Source of the DNA: Vulcanimicrobiota bacterium
GTDB taxonomy: Bacteria; Vulcanimicrobiota; Xenobia; Xenobiales; QWHO01
Assembly (NCBI GenBank): GCA_963169765.1
Contig: CAUJEN010000073.1
Coordinates: 10,932 to 74,931, forward strand
Reading direction: 5' to 3'
Length of the DNA: 64,000 nt
Shown: positions 1 to 9,293 of the stretch, piece by piece
How the letters are laid out: each line of letters begins with the position of its first letter
How positions within the stretch are numbered: position 1 is the first letter of the stretch
Program-made: the position numbers and the translations under genes
Notes under the pieces: generated by a model
Databases searched by the model: none
What the model saw: the letters and a program-made list of their open reading frames with translations, nothing else
What the model was told of the DNA's origin: nothing

Positions 1-1
1 C

Positions 2-2560
2 CGTCAGGTGCAGACCGTGGAGGGCCTGGGAGGCAACCATCCCCTGCAGCGGGCATTTGACGCTTGTGGAGCAGCCCAGTGCGGCTTCTGCACCCCCGGC
101 ATGCTGATGAGCGCGGCGGCCTTTCTCGAGAGCAGCCCCGATGAGGTCACCCGGGAGACCATCTCCGAGGCGCTCTCGGGCAATCTGTGCCGCTGTACCG
201 GCTACACCAAGATCCTCGAGGCGGTGGAGCAGGCCTGGCAGGAGATGCAGGGGCAGGCTCCCGGCCAGGCCGGCAGGCCGGGTATCGGGCAGCGCCACCG
301 CCGGGTGGATGGCTACGAGCGCGTCACCGGAGCGACTCAGTTCACCGACGACCTCTGCCTGCCCCGCATGCTGCACTGCAAGATCCTGCGCTCTCCCCAC
401 GCTCACGCCCGCATCCTGGCGGTGGACGCGAGCCGGGCCCTGGCCCTGGAGGGCGTCCTGGCGGTGGTGACCGGCCAGGACTTCCCGATCTCCTACGGCA
501 TCCTGCCCTGGACGCGAGACGAGCACGCCCTCTGTCTGGAGAAGGCCCGTTACGTGGGAGACGCGGTGGCAGCCGTGGCGGCGGTGGACGAAGAGACGGC
601 CAACCTCGCGCTCGACCTCGTCAAGGTGGACTACGAGGTCCTGCCCGCGGTCCTCGACCCTCGCCAGGCGCTGGAGAGCACCGCGGTGCGGATCCACGAT
701 AAGGGCAACCTGTCCAAGGAGGTGGAGCTCGAGTTCGGGGAGGTGGCCTCGTGCCTGGCCCGGGCCGACCTGGTGGTGGAGGGCGATTACTCCTTTCATG
801 GCAGCACCCACGCTCCCCTCGAGCCCCACTGCGCCCTGGCCCACTATGATGCCGGCGGGCTGCTGACCGTCTGGTCGGCCACCCAGGTGCCCCACTACCT
901 GCACCGAGAGCTGGCCCGCGTGCTGGAGCAGCCAACCAACCGGATCAGAGTGATCGCCACCAACGTGGGAGGCGCGTTCGGGGGCAAGAGTGAGCCCTTT
1001 GATCTGGAGTTCGTTGTGGCCCGGCTGTCCATGCTCACCGGCCGGCCTGTGAAGTGTCTCTACACCCGCGAAGAGGTCTTCCTGGCCCACCGCGGACGGC
1101 ATCCGTGCCAGATGACCATGCGGCTGGGCTTGAGCCAGGACGGCCGCATCCTGGGCCTGGACGCGCGCAGCCTGCTGGATGGCGGGGCATACTCTTCCTT
1201 CGGCCTGGTCACCACCTATTACACCGGGCAGTTGCTGGGCTCTCCCTACAAGATGGAGAGCTACCGTTTCCACTCTACCCGGGTCTATACCAACAAGCCC
1301 GCCTGCGGGCCCAAGCGCGGGCACGGCTCGGTGCAGCCGCGCTTTGCCCTGGAGGTCCAGCTCGACAAGGCGGCCCGGGCCCTGGGCCTGGACCCCATCG
1401 AGCTGCGCCGGCGCAACTTCATTGGGGCCGATGCCCGCACGATCAACGAGTTCCAGCTCGGCTCCAACGGCTTTCTGGAGTGCCTCGAGCGCGTGGAGCA
1501 GGCCTCGCTCTGGAAGCAGCGCTATGGCAAGCTTCCTCCCGGCCGCGGGCTGGGGGTGGCCGGCAGCACCTACATCTCCGGCACCAACTATTGCATCTAC
1601 CCCAGCGAGCTGCCCCAGTCCGGGGTGCAGATCTGTCTTGATCGTTCCGGTCGCGTGCGCCTGTTCGCGGGCGTCTCGGATATCGGGCAGGGAGCGGCCA
1701 CGGTGCTGGCCGTGGTGGCCTGCCAGGAGCTGGGGGTAGAGTTGGAGGACGTGCGCGTGGTCACGGCCGATACCGATCTGTGCCCGGTCGACCTGGGAGC
1801 CTATTCCTCCAGGGTCACCCTGATGGCCGGCCAGGCCTGCTTGATGGCCGCTCGTGACCTGGGCAGCAAGGTGCGCCGGGTGGTGGCTGAGCGGTGGCAA
1901 TGCTCGCCGGCCCAGGTGGTGCTGGCCGGCCGGCGAGCCCAGCGCCTGGACGACCCGGATACCTTCATGAGCATCCAGGAGGCCTTCGTGCTGGCCGAGG
2001 AGGCACTGGGAACGATGGGCAGCGTGGGTCACTACCAGAGCCCCCGCAGCGGGGTTCATGGAGACTATCGCGGGGCTACCATCGGGGCCTCCCCGGCCTA
2101 CTCCTACACAGCCCACGTGGCCGAGGTCGAGGTGGACCGGGAAACCGGTCAGGTCCACCTGCTCCAGATCTGGGCCGCCCACGACTGCGGCAAAGCGCTC
2201 TCGCCGGTCCTGGTGGAAGGGCAGATCGAAGGCTCGGTCTACATGGGGGCGGCGGAAGCGCTGTTCGAGCACCACCAGGTGGACGAGCGGGGTCTTCTGA
2301 CCGCGAGCTCGCTGCTCGATTACCGCCTGCCCACCTCGCTGGACGTGCCCGCGATCCAGGCTCTGATCGTGGAGCACCCCGATCCGCGTGGCCCCTACGG
2401 GGCTAAGGAGGCGGGCGAAGGGCCCCTGCACCCGGCCCTGCCGGCCATCGCCAACGCTGTATTTGATGCCGTGGGGGTGCGCATCGACCAGCTTCCGATC
2501 ACTCCCGAGAAGGTCCTGGCAGCGCTCAAGGGCCAGTCCCAGGAGGCCGCGCGGTGCTGA
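2..2560 (+). CDS. Xanthine dehydrogenase/aerobic CO dehydrogenase family protein, C-terminal part of [2Fe-2S] domain fused to molybdopterin-binding large subunit; 5' end truncated by window edge
   Basis: Translation shows second 2Fe-2S cluster motif (CGFCTPGM ... CRCTGY) continuing without stop into a Mo-cofactor binding XDH/CoxL-like domain (GQRHRRVDGYERVTGATQFTDD ...). The ORF runs to the window edge. Confidence 0.85.
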   Translation, partial: RQVQTVEGLGGNHPLQRAFDACGAAQCGFCTPGMLMSAAAFLESSPDEVTRETISEALSGNLCRCTGYTKILEAVEQAWQEMQGQAPGQAGRPGIGQRHRRVDGYERVTGATQFTDDLCLPRMLHCKILRSPHAHARILAVDASRALALEGVLAVVTGQDFPISYGILPWTRDEHALCLEKARYVGDAVAAVAAVDEETANLALDLVKVDYEVLPAVLDPRQALESTAVRIHDKGNLSKEVELEFGEVASCLARADLVVEGDYSFHGSTHAPLEPHCALAHYDAGGLLTVWSATQVPHYLHRELARVLEQPTNRIRVIATNVGGAFGGKSEPFDLEFVVARLSMLTGRPVKCLYTREEVFLAHRGRHPCQMTMRLGLSQDGRILGLDARSLLDGGAYSSFGLVTTYYTGQLLGSPYKMESYRFHSTRVYTNKPACGPKRGHGSVQPRFALEVQLDKAARALGLDPIELRRRNFIGADARTINEFQLGSNGFLECLERVEQASLWKQRYGKLPPGRGLGVAGSTYISGTNYCIYPSELPQSGVQICLDRSGRVRLFAGVSDIGQGAATVLAVVACQELGVELEDVRVVTADTDLCPVDLGAYSSRVTLMAGQACLMAARDLGSKVRRVVAERWQCSPAQVVLAGRRAQRLDDPDTFMSIQEAFVLAEEALGTMGSVGHYQSPRSGVHGDYRGATIGASPAYSYTAHVAEVEVDRETGQVHLLQIWAAHDCGKALSPVLVEGQIEGSVYMGAAEALFEHHQVDERGLLTASSLLDYRLPTSLDVPAIQALIVEHPDPRGPYGAKEAGEGPLHPALPAIANAVFDAVGVRIDQLPITPEKVLAALKGQSQEAARC

Positions 2561-3519
2561 GAATCCCCGCCCTGCAGGTGCTCTCTCCCACGAGCTGGGA
2601 CGAGGCCGCCCAACTTCTGAGCCGCCACCCCGAGGCCAGGGTCCTGGCGGGGGGCACCGACATGCTCCCGGCACTCAAGACCGGACAGGTCAAGACACCC
2701 ACCCTGATCAGTGTGAGTCGGCTGCCCGGTTTCTCGGGGATCGAGCTGACCACGGGCGGTCTGCGAATTGCAGCGGGCACTCCCCTGGCCGATCTGGCCC
2801 GAAGCCCCCTGGTTCCGACAGCGCTGGCCGTGGCCGCCGGCCTGGTAGCCGGCCCGCAGATCCGTCGCACGGCCACCCTGGGCGGCAACCTCTGTCTGGA
2901 TACCCGCTGCCGCTACGTCAACCAGAGCCCGCTCTACCGACAGTCTCTGGGAGGATGTCTCAAGTCTCACGGGGACACCTGTCATGTGGTCGCGGGAGGC
3001 ACGAGCTGCGTGGCCGCCCTTTCGGCCGACACCGTCCCCGTGCTGGTGGCGCTGGAAGCCGAGCTCGACCTGGTTGGACCGGCCGGAGCCAGGGGATTGG
3101 CCCTGTCCGAGCTCTACAATTCAGATGGACGCCAGCACCTGAGCCTGCGGCCAGGCGAGCTCTTGCGCTCGGTGCGCCTGCCCCGGCTGGAGGCCTCGAC
3201 CCGGGTGGTCTACCGCAAGTGGCGACCTCGCCACAGCCTCGACTTCCCGCTCGTCTCCCTGGCCCTTCGGCTCGACCTGGATCCGCCCTGCGTGCGGGAC
3301 GGACAGCTGGTGGTCGGGGTGCTGGGCCCGCGTCCCCGGGTGCTGCCCCTCACCCGGCTGGCGGGAAGGCCCCTCGACCGCGAGCTGGCCGAAGAGATCG
3401 GGCGACTGGCCGGCAGCTGCCGGCCCCTGGCCAATGTCCCCTACGATGAGGCCTATCGCAGACAGCGACTCGAGGTAGAAGCGCGTCGAGCCGCCCTGGA
3501 GATCGAGAGACTCTCGTGA
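2554..3519 (+). CDS. FAD-binding subunit of xanthine dehydrogenase/CO dehydrogenase family (CoxM-like)
   Basis: GTG start overlaps the upstream stop (GTGCTGA). VLAGGTDMLPALK FAD-binding PCMH-type domain signature. Co-directional with the Mo subunit. Confidence 0.85.
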   Translation: MLRIPALQVLSPTSWDEAAQLLSRHPEARVLAGGTDMLPALKTGQVKTPTLISVSRLPGFSGIELTTGGLRIAAGTPLADLARSPLVPTALAVAAGLVAGPQIRRTATLGGNLCLDTRCRYVNQSPLYRQSLGGCLKSHGDTCHVVAGGTSCVAALSADTVPVLVALEAELDLVGPAGARGLALSELYNSDGRQHLSLRPGELLRSVRLPRLEASTRVVYRKWRPRHSLDFPLVSLALRLDLDPPCVRDGQLVVGVLGPRPRVLPLTRLAGRPLDRELAEEIGRLAGSCRPLANVPYDEAYRRQRLEVEARRAALEIERLS

Positions 3520-3601
3520 GCGAGATCTTGCCTTTTCGCGTTCAGACCGACCGCAGAGAGCGACTTGAGGCGCGAGCGCGTCGGGAGAGGGAGAGACTGT
3601 C

Positions 3602-4825
3602 ATGAGCGATCTCTTGCACGACTGGAACAGCCCCGCGCCCGGCCGGGTCTTCACCCTGCTCGACGAGACCCTGCGCGATGGGATTCAGTCTCCTTCGGTG
3701 CGCAATCCGGAGATCGAGCAAAAGCTCGAGCTGCTTCACTGCATGGAAGCCTGCGGCATTCAGCACGTGGATGTGGGGCTGCCCGGCGCGGGCGAGCAGG
3801 CCGTGGCGGATGTGACCCGGTTGGTCGAGGAGATCCGCAACCAGCGCCTCCAGATCCACCCCAATTGCGCGGCCCGCACTCACCCTCACGATATCCGAGC
3901 GGTGCTGCAGATCGCCCAGAAGACGGGTCACAGCATCGAGGTGTGCGCCTTTCTGGGTAGCTCTCCCATGCGCCGCTTGATCGAAGGGTGGAGCCTGGAG
4001 CAGCTCGAGCGCTTCGTGGCCGAATCCATCGAGATGGTGGTGGCCCACGATCTACCGGCCAGTTTCGTCACCGAGGATACCATCCGCACCGACCCCTCCA
4101 CTCTCCGCAGGCTCTTCCGCGTGGCGGTCGACGCCGGCGCGAGCCGCCTGGTGCTGACCGACACCGTCGGCCACGCCACGCCTTCAGGCCTGGCCAACCT
4201 GGTCCAGTTCACCCGAGGTCTGCTGCGAGACTGGCAAGCCGAGTCTGTCCAGCTGGACTGGCACGGGCATAACGACCGGGGGCTGTCCCTGGCGCTCTGC
4301 CTGAGCGCGCTCGAGGAAGGGGTGGACCGCCTGCACGGGACCTGCCTGGGTGTGGGCGAGCGAGTCGGCAATGCCCCCATCGACCTTCTGATCCTGAATC
4401 TGCGCCTGCTGGGCCTGTGGGGAAGAGACCTTCGCGCCCTGCGCGAGTATGTGGAGAAGGCCAGCCGCTACTACGCCGTTCCCATCGGCTGCAATTACCC
4501 GGCCTTCGGACGCGACGCTTTCCGCACCAGCACAGGCGTCCACGCCGCCGCCATCCTCAAAGCATTGAAATCGGGGCGACCAGAGTTGGCCGACCGCATT
4601 TACTCCTCGGTTCCCGCCTCCGAGCTCGGCCGCAGTCAACAAGTCGAGGTGGGCTATTACAGTGGCCGCGCCAATGCGCAGATCTGGCTGACCGAGCACG
4701 GCCTGGAGTGTGACGAGGAGCGCATGCAGGCCATCCTCGAGCTGGCCAAGGGCAGTCGGCACACCCTTCCCGAGAAAGAGATCGTCGAGCACCTCCACAG
4801 GTTGGGCCTGGGAGCTCCGGCTTGA
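3602..4825 (+). CDS. DRE-TIM metallolyase (LeuA/HMG-CoA-lyase-like pyruvate carboxyltransferase domain) protein
   Basis: N-terminal LLDETLRDGIQSP motif and TIM-barrel metal ligands (HGHND) are typical of isopropylmalate/homocitrate synthase-like enzymes. The short form (407 aa) lacks a regulatory domain. Confidence 0.7.
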   Translation: MSDLLHDWNSPAPGRVFTLLDETLRDGIQSPSVRNPEIEQKLELLHCMEACGIQHVDVGLPGAGEQAVADVTRLVEEIRNQRLQIHPNCAARTHPHDIRAVLQIAQKTGHSIEVCAFLGSSPMRRLIEGWSLEQLERFVAESIEMVVAHDLPASFVTEDTIRTDPSTLRRLFRVAVDAGASRLVLTDTVGHATPSGLANLVQFTRGLLRDWQAESVQLDWHGHNDRGLSLALCLSALEEGVDRLHGTCLGVGERVGNAPIDLLILNLRLLGLWGRDLRALREYVEKASRYYAVPIGCNYPAFGRDAFRTSTGVHAAAILKALKSGRPELADRIYSSVPASELGRSQQVEVGYYSGRANAQIWLTEHGLECDEERMQAILELAKGSRHTLPEKEIVEHLHRLGLGAPA

Positions 4826-5460
4826 AGCCTCGCTATCGCGGCTGGATCCACCAGCAGGCCAGCTACTGGTCCGTGGCGGCCGGTGCTGTGCTCGTCTGGC
4901 TGGCGCCTACCCCTCGAGCCGCCCTGGCTGCCGCCATCTACTCGCTGGCCCTGGTCGCCATGCTGACCGTGAGCGCCCTCTACCACCGCAGGAACTGGAG
5001 CCCACGCTTGCGCGAGCGCATGCGCAGCCTCGACCACGCCACCATCTTCGTGCTCATCGCCGGCAGTTACACCCCCTTCTGCCTGCTCGCCCTGCGCGGA
5101 GAAGACGGCCACCGGCTGTTGCTCATCGCCTGGGTGGGAGCGGCCGCTGGCATCGCTCAGTCGATCTTCTGGGTGAGGGCGCCCCGAGCGCTGACCGCCT
5201 GTCTTTACCTTGCCCTGGGCTGGTTGGTGACCCCCTATCTTCCTTCGCTGGCCAGATCTCTGGGCGCGCTGGGACTGAGCTTGCTGGCCACGGCCGGTTT
5301 ATTCTTCACGGTGGGGGCGATCATCTACGTGATCCGACGCCCCGACCCGGCTCCCGCCACCTTCGGCTACCACGAGGTGTTCCACTCGCTGATCACCGCC
5401 GCTTGCGGCTTCAAGTTCGCCGCGGTGGCGCTGCTGGTTACCCGGCACGCATTCCCTTGA
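4822..5460 (+). CDS. Hemolysin III / PAQR family membrane protein
   Basis: Seven-TM-like hydrophobic profile. Conserved motifs WIHQQASYWS, DHATIFVLIAGSYTPF and HEVFH. Confidence 0.8.
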   Translation: MKPRYRGWIHQQASYWSVAAGAVLVWLAPTPRAALAAAIYSLALVAMLTVSALYHRRNWSPRLRERMRSLDHATIFVLIAGSYTPFCLLALRGEDGHRLLLIAWVGAAAGIAQSIFWVRAPRALTACLYLALGWLVTPYLPSLARSLGALGLSLLATAGLFFTVGAIIYVIRRPDPAPATFGYHEVFHSLITAACGFKFAAVALLVTRHAFP

Positions 5461-5506
5461 CTCAGGTCAATGTCTCCGGACGGCCCCCGGTGCTAAGGTG
5501 TGCGAG

Positions 5507-6145
5507 ATGAAGCTTTACACGCACCCTCCCTCCCCCAACTGCATCAAGGTGATGGCCGTGGCCAACCAGTTGGGGCTGACGCTCGAGCAGGTGTCGATGG
5601 ATCCGGCCGACTGCAAGAAGCCCGACTATCTGGCCAGGAACCCGAACGGGAAGGTGCCCACGCTGCAAGACGACGATTATATTTTGTGGGAATCCAACGC
5701 CATCATGGTCTACCTGGCCCAGAAGGTTCGGGGCCATTCCCTGCTGCCCCGCACCGCCCGCAACAAGGCCGAGCTTTGGCGCTGGATGAGCTGGAGCATG
5801 GGTCACTGGAATCCCGCCACCCGAACATTCCTGTATGAGCGCATGGTCCGACCGATGATCATGGGCCAGGCCACCGATGAAGAAGCTCTGAAGCGAGCCG
5901 AGGCGGCCTTCCACCCGCTGGCCGCCCTTCTGGACCGGCATCTGGCCGACAAAACCTTCGTCCTGGGCCCCAAGCTGAGCCTGGCAGACTTTGCGCTGGG
6001 CGCCAACCTCGTCTACTCCGGGATGGCCGGCATTCCGCTGGAGCCCTACCCCGGCATTCGTGCCTGGTATGACCGGATCGCCGCCCTGCCGAGTTGGCAG
6101 GAAGCTATTCCCGAGATGGTCCCAGCTGAAGTCAAAGCCCGCTGA
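5507..6145 (+). CDS. Glutathione S-transferase
   Basis: MKLYTHPPSPNCIKV ... NPNGKVPTL ... ESNAIMVYL is the thioredoxin-like GST N-domain signature, followed by a helical C-domain. Confidence 0.8.
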   Translation: MKLYTHPPSPNCIKVMAVANQLGLTLEQVSMDPADCKKPDYLARNPNGKVPTLQDDDYILWESNAIMVYLAQKVRGHSLLPRTARNKAELWRWMSWSMGHWNPATRTFLYERMVRPMIMGQATDEEALKRAEAAFHPLAALLDRHLADKTFVLGPKLSLADFALGANLVYSGMAGIPLEPYPGIRAWYDRIAALPSWQEAIPEMVPAEVKAR

Positions 6146-6148
6146 GCC

Positions 6149-7375
6149 ATGCAGGTCGGCATCATCGGGGCCGGAATGGCTGGCTGCGCGGCCGCCCGCC
6201 GCCTCGTCCAGGGCGGCGCCCAGGTAACCGTCCTGGAGGCGCGCGACCGACCCGGCGGGCGCATCTGGACCGACCGGAGCCTGGGCTGCCCCATCGACCT
6301 GGGGGCTGCCTGGTTGCATGGAGCCGAGGCCAATCCCCTGAGCGCCCGCGCGCGCAGCCTGGAGCACCTCGACAGCGACGTGCTCAACAACCTCTTCTTC
6401 AACCCTCTGGGCGAGCCCCTCACGATGGAGCTGAGTCGCCAGGTGCAGGAAGCGGGGCTGGATCTGGCTGCCCAGGCCATGGACCTGGCCTCGCGCAGTC
6501 CCGAGCCGCTTTCCATGGCCGAGGCCATGGGCCGGGTCTTTCTCGAGTCGGGTGACCCGGGGCCCTGGCGGGCCCGTGTGCGCAGCCTGCCCATCGCCGA
6601 CATGACCGCCTTCGCGGCCCGCCCGGACGCGCTCTCGGGGCCGCCCCTGGAAGGCCTGGATCGATTCCTCCCTGGGGGTCTGGATCAGATGCTGGATTGG
6701 AGATCGTGCAACCTGCTCCTGTCCACCCCTGTCCACCGGCTGACCTGGACAGACTCGAAGGTCGAGGCGGCCACCTCGCGGGGCTCGTTCCGCTTCGACC
6801 GGGTCATCCTGACTCTGCCTCTGGGAGTTCTTCAGGGCGAGCGGGTCCAGTTCGACCCTCCCCTGCCCGACTGGAAGAAAGACGCCATCCGGGCCCTGGG
6901 TACCGAGGTTCTCAACAAGGTTGCCCTGCGCTTCGATCAGGCGGTCTGGCCACTCGAGCCCGACTTCCTCAGCCTCAACCAGCCGGACGGGGAGACGGAC
7001 GTCTTCTTCAACGGCCACAAGGCCCTGGGACAGCCGGTGCTGGTAGGCTTCGTGGTGGGCCAGCGAGCCAGAGCCTTCGAGTCAGCGGGGAGCGAGAAGA
7101 CCGTGGAGTGCCAGCTTGCAAGCCTGCGCCGCGCCTTCCCCGGGCTGGGCCGACCGCAGGCCGTGCTGGTCAGCTCGTGGGGCTCCGATCCCTACAGCCT
7201 GGGCGCGTACTGCCTGAGACCCCCGGGCGTCGAAGGCGAAGCGCACGACCTCCTGGCCAGGCCGGTCGGGCCCCTGGGCTTTGCCGGCGAGGCGACCAGC
7301 AGAGCCTATCCGGGCACGCTGCTGGGGGCCTGGTTGAGCGGTCGGCGCGAAGCCGATCGGCTCGTTTCGCCCTGA
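6149..7375 (+). CDS. Flavin-containing amine oxidase (polyamine/monoamine oxidase family)
   Basis: N-terminal Rossmann motif GIIGAGMAGCAAA ... VLEARDRPGGRIWT. C-terminal GEATS motif typical of amine oxidases. Confidence 0.85.
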   Translation: MQVGIIGAGMAGCAAARRLVQGGAQVTVLEARDRPGGRIWTDRSLGCPIDLGAAWLHGAEANPLSARARSLEHLDSDVLNNLFFNPLGEPLTMELSRQVQEAGLDLAAQAMDLASRSPEPLSMAEAMGRVFLESGDPGPWRARVRSLPIADMTAFAARPDALSGPPLEGLDRFLPGGLDQMLDWRSCNLLLSTPVHRLTWTDSKVEAATSRGSFRFDRVILTLPLGVLQGERVQFDPPLPDWKKDAIRALGTEVLNKVALRFDQAVWPLEPDFLSLNQPDGETDVFFNGHKALGQPVLVGFVVGQRARAFESAGSEKTVECQLASLRRAFPGLGRPQAVLVSSWGSDPYSLGAYCLRPPGVEGEAHDLLARPVGPLGFAGEATSRAYPGTLLGAWLSGRREADRLVSP

Positions 7376-7439
7376 CCGCTCAACAGATTTTTTTCTGGCT
7401 GCCAGGAACTTTCTGGGCAGCCCGGAAGTCGGGGATACT

Positions 7440-7772
7440 GTGAAGCGAACCCTGTGGATCTGGCTGGCTTTGATGTTGCTGGCGCTGCCCGGCTCCTCTG
7501 CCCCCTGTGGCGACGAGCCCGCCGCCGGCTGCTGCTGCGCCGACCCGGCCCAGGTGGTTTGCTGCTGCGAGCCCGAATCGGGTCCGTCGCAGTCTCCGGC
7601 TCCCCCCGCCGCAGCCAGCCCTGAATGCGCGCTGAGCTCGAGCGGAGAGCGAGCCATCGCCCCTCCCGCCCCGGCCCCGCTGCTCGCTTATCAGGTCGCT
7701 CGACCCGAGCCCCGACGGGCCGACTGGGGCTCTCCTCAAAGCGCAGAGCGCGCTCCCCCTCGCTGCGCCTGA
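7440..7772 (+). CDS. Secreted Cys-rich (CCC-motif) low-complexity protein
   Basis: Signal peptide MKRTLWIWLALMLLALPGSSA, then CGDEPAAGCCCADPAQVVCCCEPE and a Pro/Ala-rich tail. First of three co-directional Cys-rich genes. Confidence 0.5.
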   Translation: MKRTLWIWLALMLLALPGSSAPCGDEPAAGCCCADPAQVVCCCEPESGPSQSPAPPAAASPECALSSSGERAIAPPAPAPLLAYQVARPEPRRADWGSPQSAERAPPRCA

Positions 7773-7829
7773 GCCTCGCGGCTCACGCGGTGACTTGAAA
7801 CTATATCAAGAGATGGGAGACTATTCATC

Positions 7830-8243
7830 ATGCGTTTTCTGAAACTGTCTTTGCTGGCCGTGGTGGCCAGCATCCTGAGCCTGGGGACCGCTATGGCCGC
7901 CAGCAACTGCTGCCCGAACGGTGCTTGCTGTGTTCCGGGCGCTGCCTGCTGTGAATCGAAAGATTCCAAAGCGGCTGACTGCTGCCCCAACGGTCCCTGC
8001 TGCGCCACCGGCGAGAGCTGCTGCACGGCCAGGGCTCAGTCCGCCTCGCAAACGGCTGACTGCTGCCCCGACGGTCCCTGCTGCGCCACCGGCGAGAGCT
8101 GCTGCGCGGCCAAGGCTCAGCCCGCCTCGCAAACGGCTGACTGCTGCCCCGACGGTCCGTGCTGCGCCACCGGCGAGAGCTGCTGCGAGAACAGCCAGGC
8201 TGTTGCTCTCCCGGCCCAGCTGGCGAGCTGCTGCGGCCAGTAA
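7830..8243 (+). CDS. Secreted Cys-rich tandem-repeat protein (CCPxGxCCxxGxxCC units)
   Basis: Good RBS (GGGAGA) before ATG and a signal peptide. Three near-identical about 60-bp tandem DNA repeats (8041-8220) encode TADCCPDGPCCATGESCC units. Followed by a rho-independent terminator. Confidence 0.6.
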   Translation: MRFLKLSLLAVVASILSLGTAMAASNCCPNGACCVPGAACCESKDSKAADCCPNGPCCATGESCCTARAQSASQTADCCPDGPCCATGESCCAAKAQPASQTADCCPDGPCCATGESCCENSQAVALPAQLASCCGQ

Positions 8244-8251
8244 ATAGCCTG

Positions 8252-8290
8252 GGAAAGGGCGCCAGCCTTCAGGGTTGGCGCCCTTTTTCA
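8252..8290 (+). terminator. Rho-independent terminator
   Basis: GC-rich hairpin (agggcgccagcc ... ggttggcgccct) followed by TTTTTC, immediately after the stop of the 7830-8243 gene. Confidence 0.6.
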
Positions 8291-8358
8291 TGGCGAAGGG
8301 TTTGCCTCCCCTCCCCTAGAACCCAATTCACGCAAGAATGGAAAGGAGCCCCTGAACA

Positions 8359-8904
8359 ATGCTTACACGCCTGACCGGACTCTTACTCGGACTGGCGCTG
8401 CTGATCACCCCGGCCTTCGCGGGCGGAGATTGCAAAGACGGCCAGAAATGCGAGCAGGGCCAGACCTGCGATCAGAGCGGCAAGAACGGCGGCGACTGCT
8501 GCGACAAGGGCGGCAAGAGCGGCGGCGATTGCTGCGATCAGGGCGGCAAGGACGGCGGAGACTGCTGCGACAAAGGCGGCAAGAGCGGCGGCGATTGCTG
8601 CGATCAGGCCAAGGACGGCAAGGACGGTTGCGCCGACTGCAAGGACGGTGGGCAGGGCGCCTGCAATCAGGTTTGCGCCGAGTGGAGCTACGCCGAGGCT
8701 TCCCAGTACACCCGTTGCGACCAGCACACCTGCCCGAACGACCTGGCCATGCAAGAGGGTAAGCAACCCAAGCGCTGGGCGGCTGGCAACCCCAACTATG
8801 GCCTGACAGTGAGAAACGACTGTTGCTGGCCGGATCGCGTCGAGAATGTCCGCAATGCGTGCCGCAATAACTTTAACCTCGGCATGCCCGTGTGGCCCTG
8901 GTAA
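8359..8904 (+). CDS. Secreted Cys-rich tandem-repeat protein (GGDCCD[KQ]GGK units) with Cys-rich C-terminal domain
   Basis: Signal peptide MLTRLTGLLLGLALLITPAFA. Four tandem 30-bp-unit repeats encode GGDCCDKGGKSGGDCCDQGGK. The C-terminal domain has further conserved Cys residues. Confidence 0.6.
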   Translation: MLTRLTGLLLGLALLITPAFAGGDCKDGQKCEQGQTCDQSGKNGGDCCDKGGKSGGDCCDQGGKDGGDCCDKGGKSGGDCCDQAKDGKDGCADCKDGGQGACNQVCAEWSYAEASQYTRCDQHTCPNDLAMQEGKQPKRWAAGNPNYGLTVRNDCCWPDRVENVRNACRNNFNLGMPVWPW

Positions 8905-8929
8905 AGCAAGCCTGAAGGTCCCTGTTACC

Positions 8930-8963
8930 AGTCTGAGCGGGCGGAATACCGCCCGCTCAGACT
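8930..8963 (+). terminator. Perfect 15-bp stem hairpin downstream of the Cys-rich gene cluster (no U-tract)
   Basis: agtctgagcgggcgg-aata-ccgcccgctcagact is a perfect inverted repeat 26 nt after the stop at 8904. No T-run follows, so it could be a factor-dependent terminator or an RNA-stability element. Confidence 0.35.
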
Positions 8964-9036
8964 GTTGAGACGCAAGCGGTCGTGCTACCGTACCGAGCCC
9001 AGGAAGCTCTGGCAGAGTGATGCCCTGCACAATATC

Positions 9037-9186
9037 TTGTGGTGGCGGAGCTTTACAACGCGCAGGAACGCAGATCCGGCGCGATCGACGAAGCGCGGCC
9101 ACTGCTCGGGCAAGAACGGTAAGGCGATGTTGGGCGTCGCGCAGCCGGAAGACCTTGTCAGGGGGGCTTCCGGCAGCGCTCCTGGG
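9037..9186. repeat. Interspersed intergenic repeat element, copy A
   Basis: Shares 'ctttacaacgcgcaggaacgcag.tccggcgcg' with copy C (33823-33860). Shares the 3' hairpin module 'atgttgggcgtcgcgcagccggaag..cttgtcagggg..cttccggcagcgctcctgg' with copies B, C and D. Confidence 0.6.
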
Positions 9187-9293
9187 TGCAGCGTTCGCAA
9201 ACTCCCCTGCCGAGACCCCTCCTCCGTGGATTCAGGAGAGAGAGCCGGGAGATCAGAGGATTTGCTCTCCCCGATCCCCACTCAACCTCCACT

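Noticed and set aside
5462-7018. 518-aa minus-strand ORF antisense to the GST and amine-oxidase genes
   Set aside because: Low-complexity Gly/Arg/Pro-rich translation with no motifs. Lies opposite two well-supported genes. Typical shadow ORF in high-GC DNA.
7388-7420. T-run followed by inverted repeat (tttttttctggctgccaggaactttctgggcagcc) as terminator of the amine oxidase gene
   Set aside because: The T-tract precedes rather than follows the hairpin on the plus strand, and the minus-strand version has no U-tract, so it is not a canonical intrinsic terminator.
8041-8220. Possible CRISPR array (regular about 60-bp repeats), and similar at 35789-35900 (21-bp repeats)
   Set aside because: Repeats are contiguous with no spacers and are in-frame within coding sequence (Cys-rich units / heptads). 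No cas genes.
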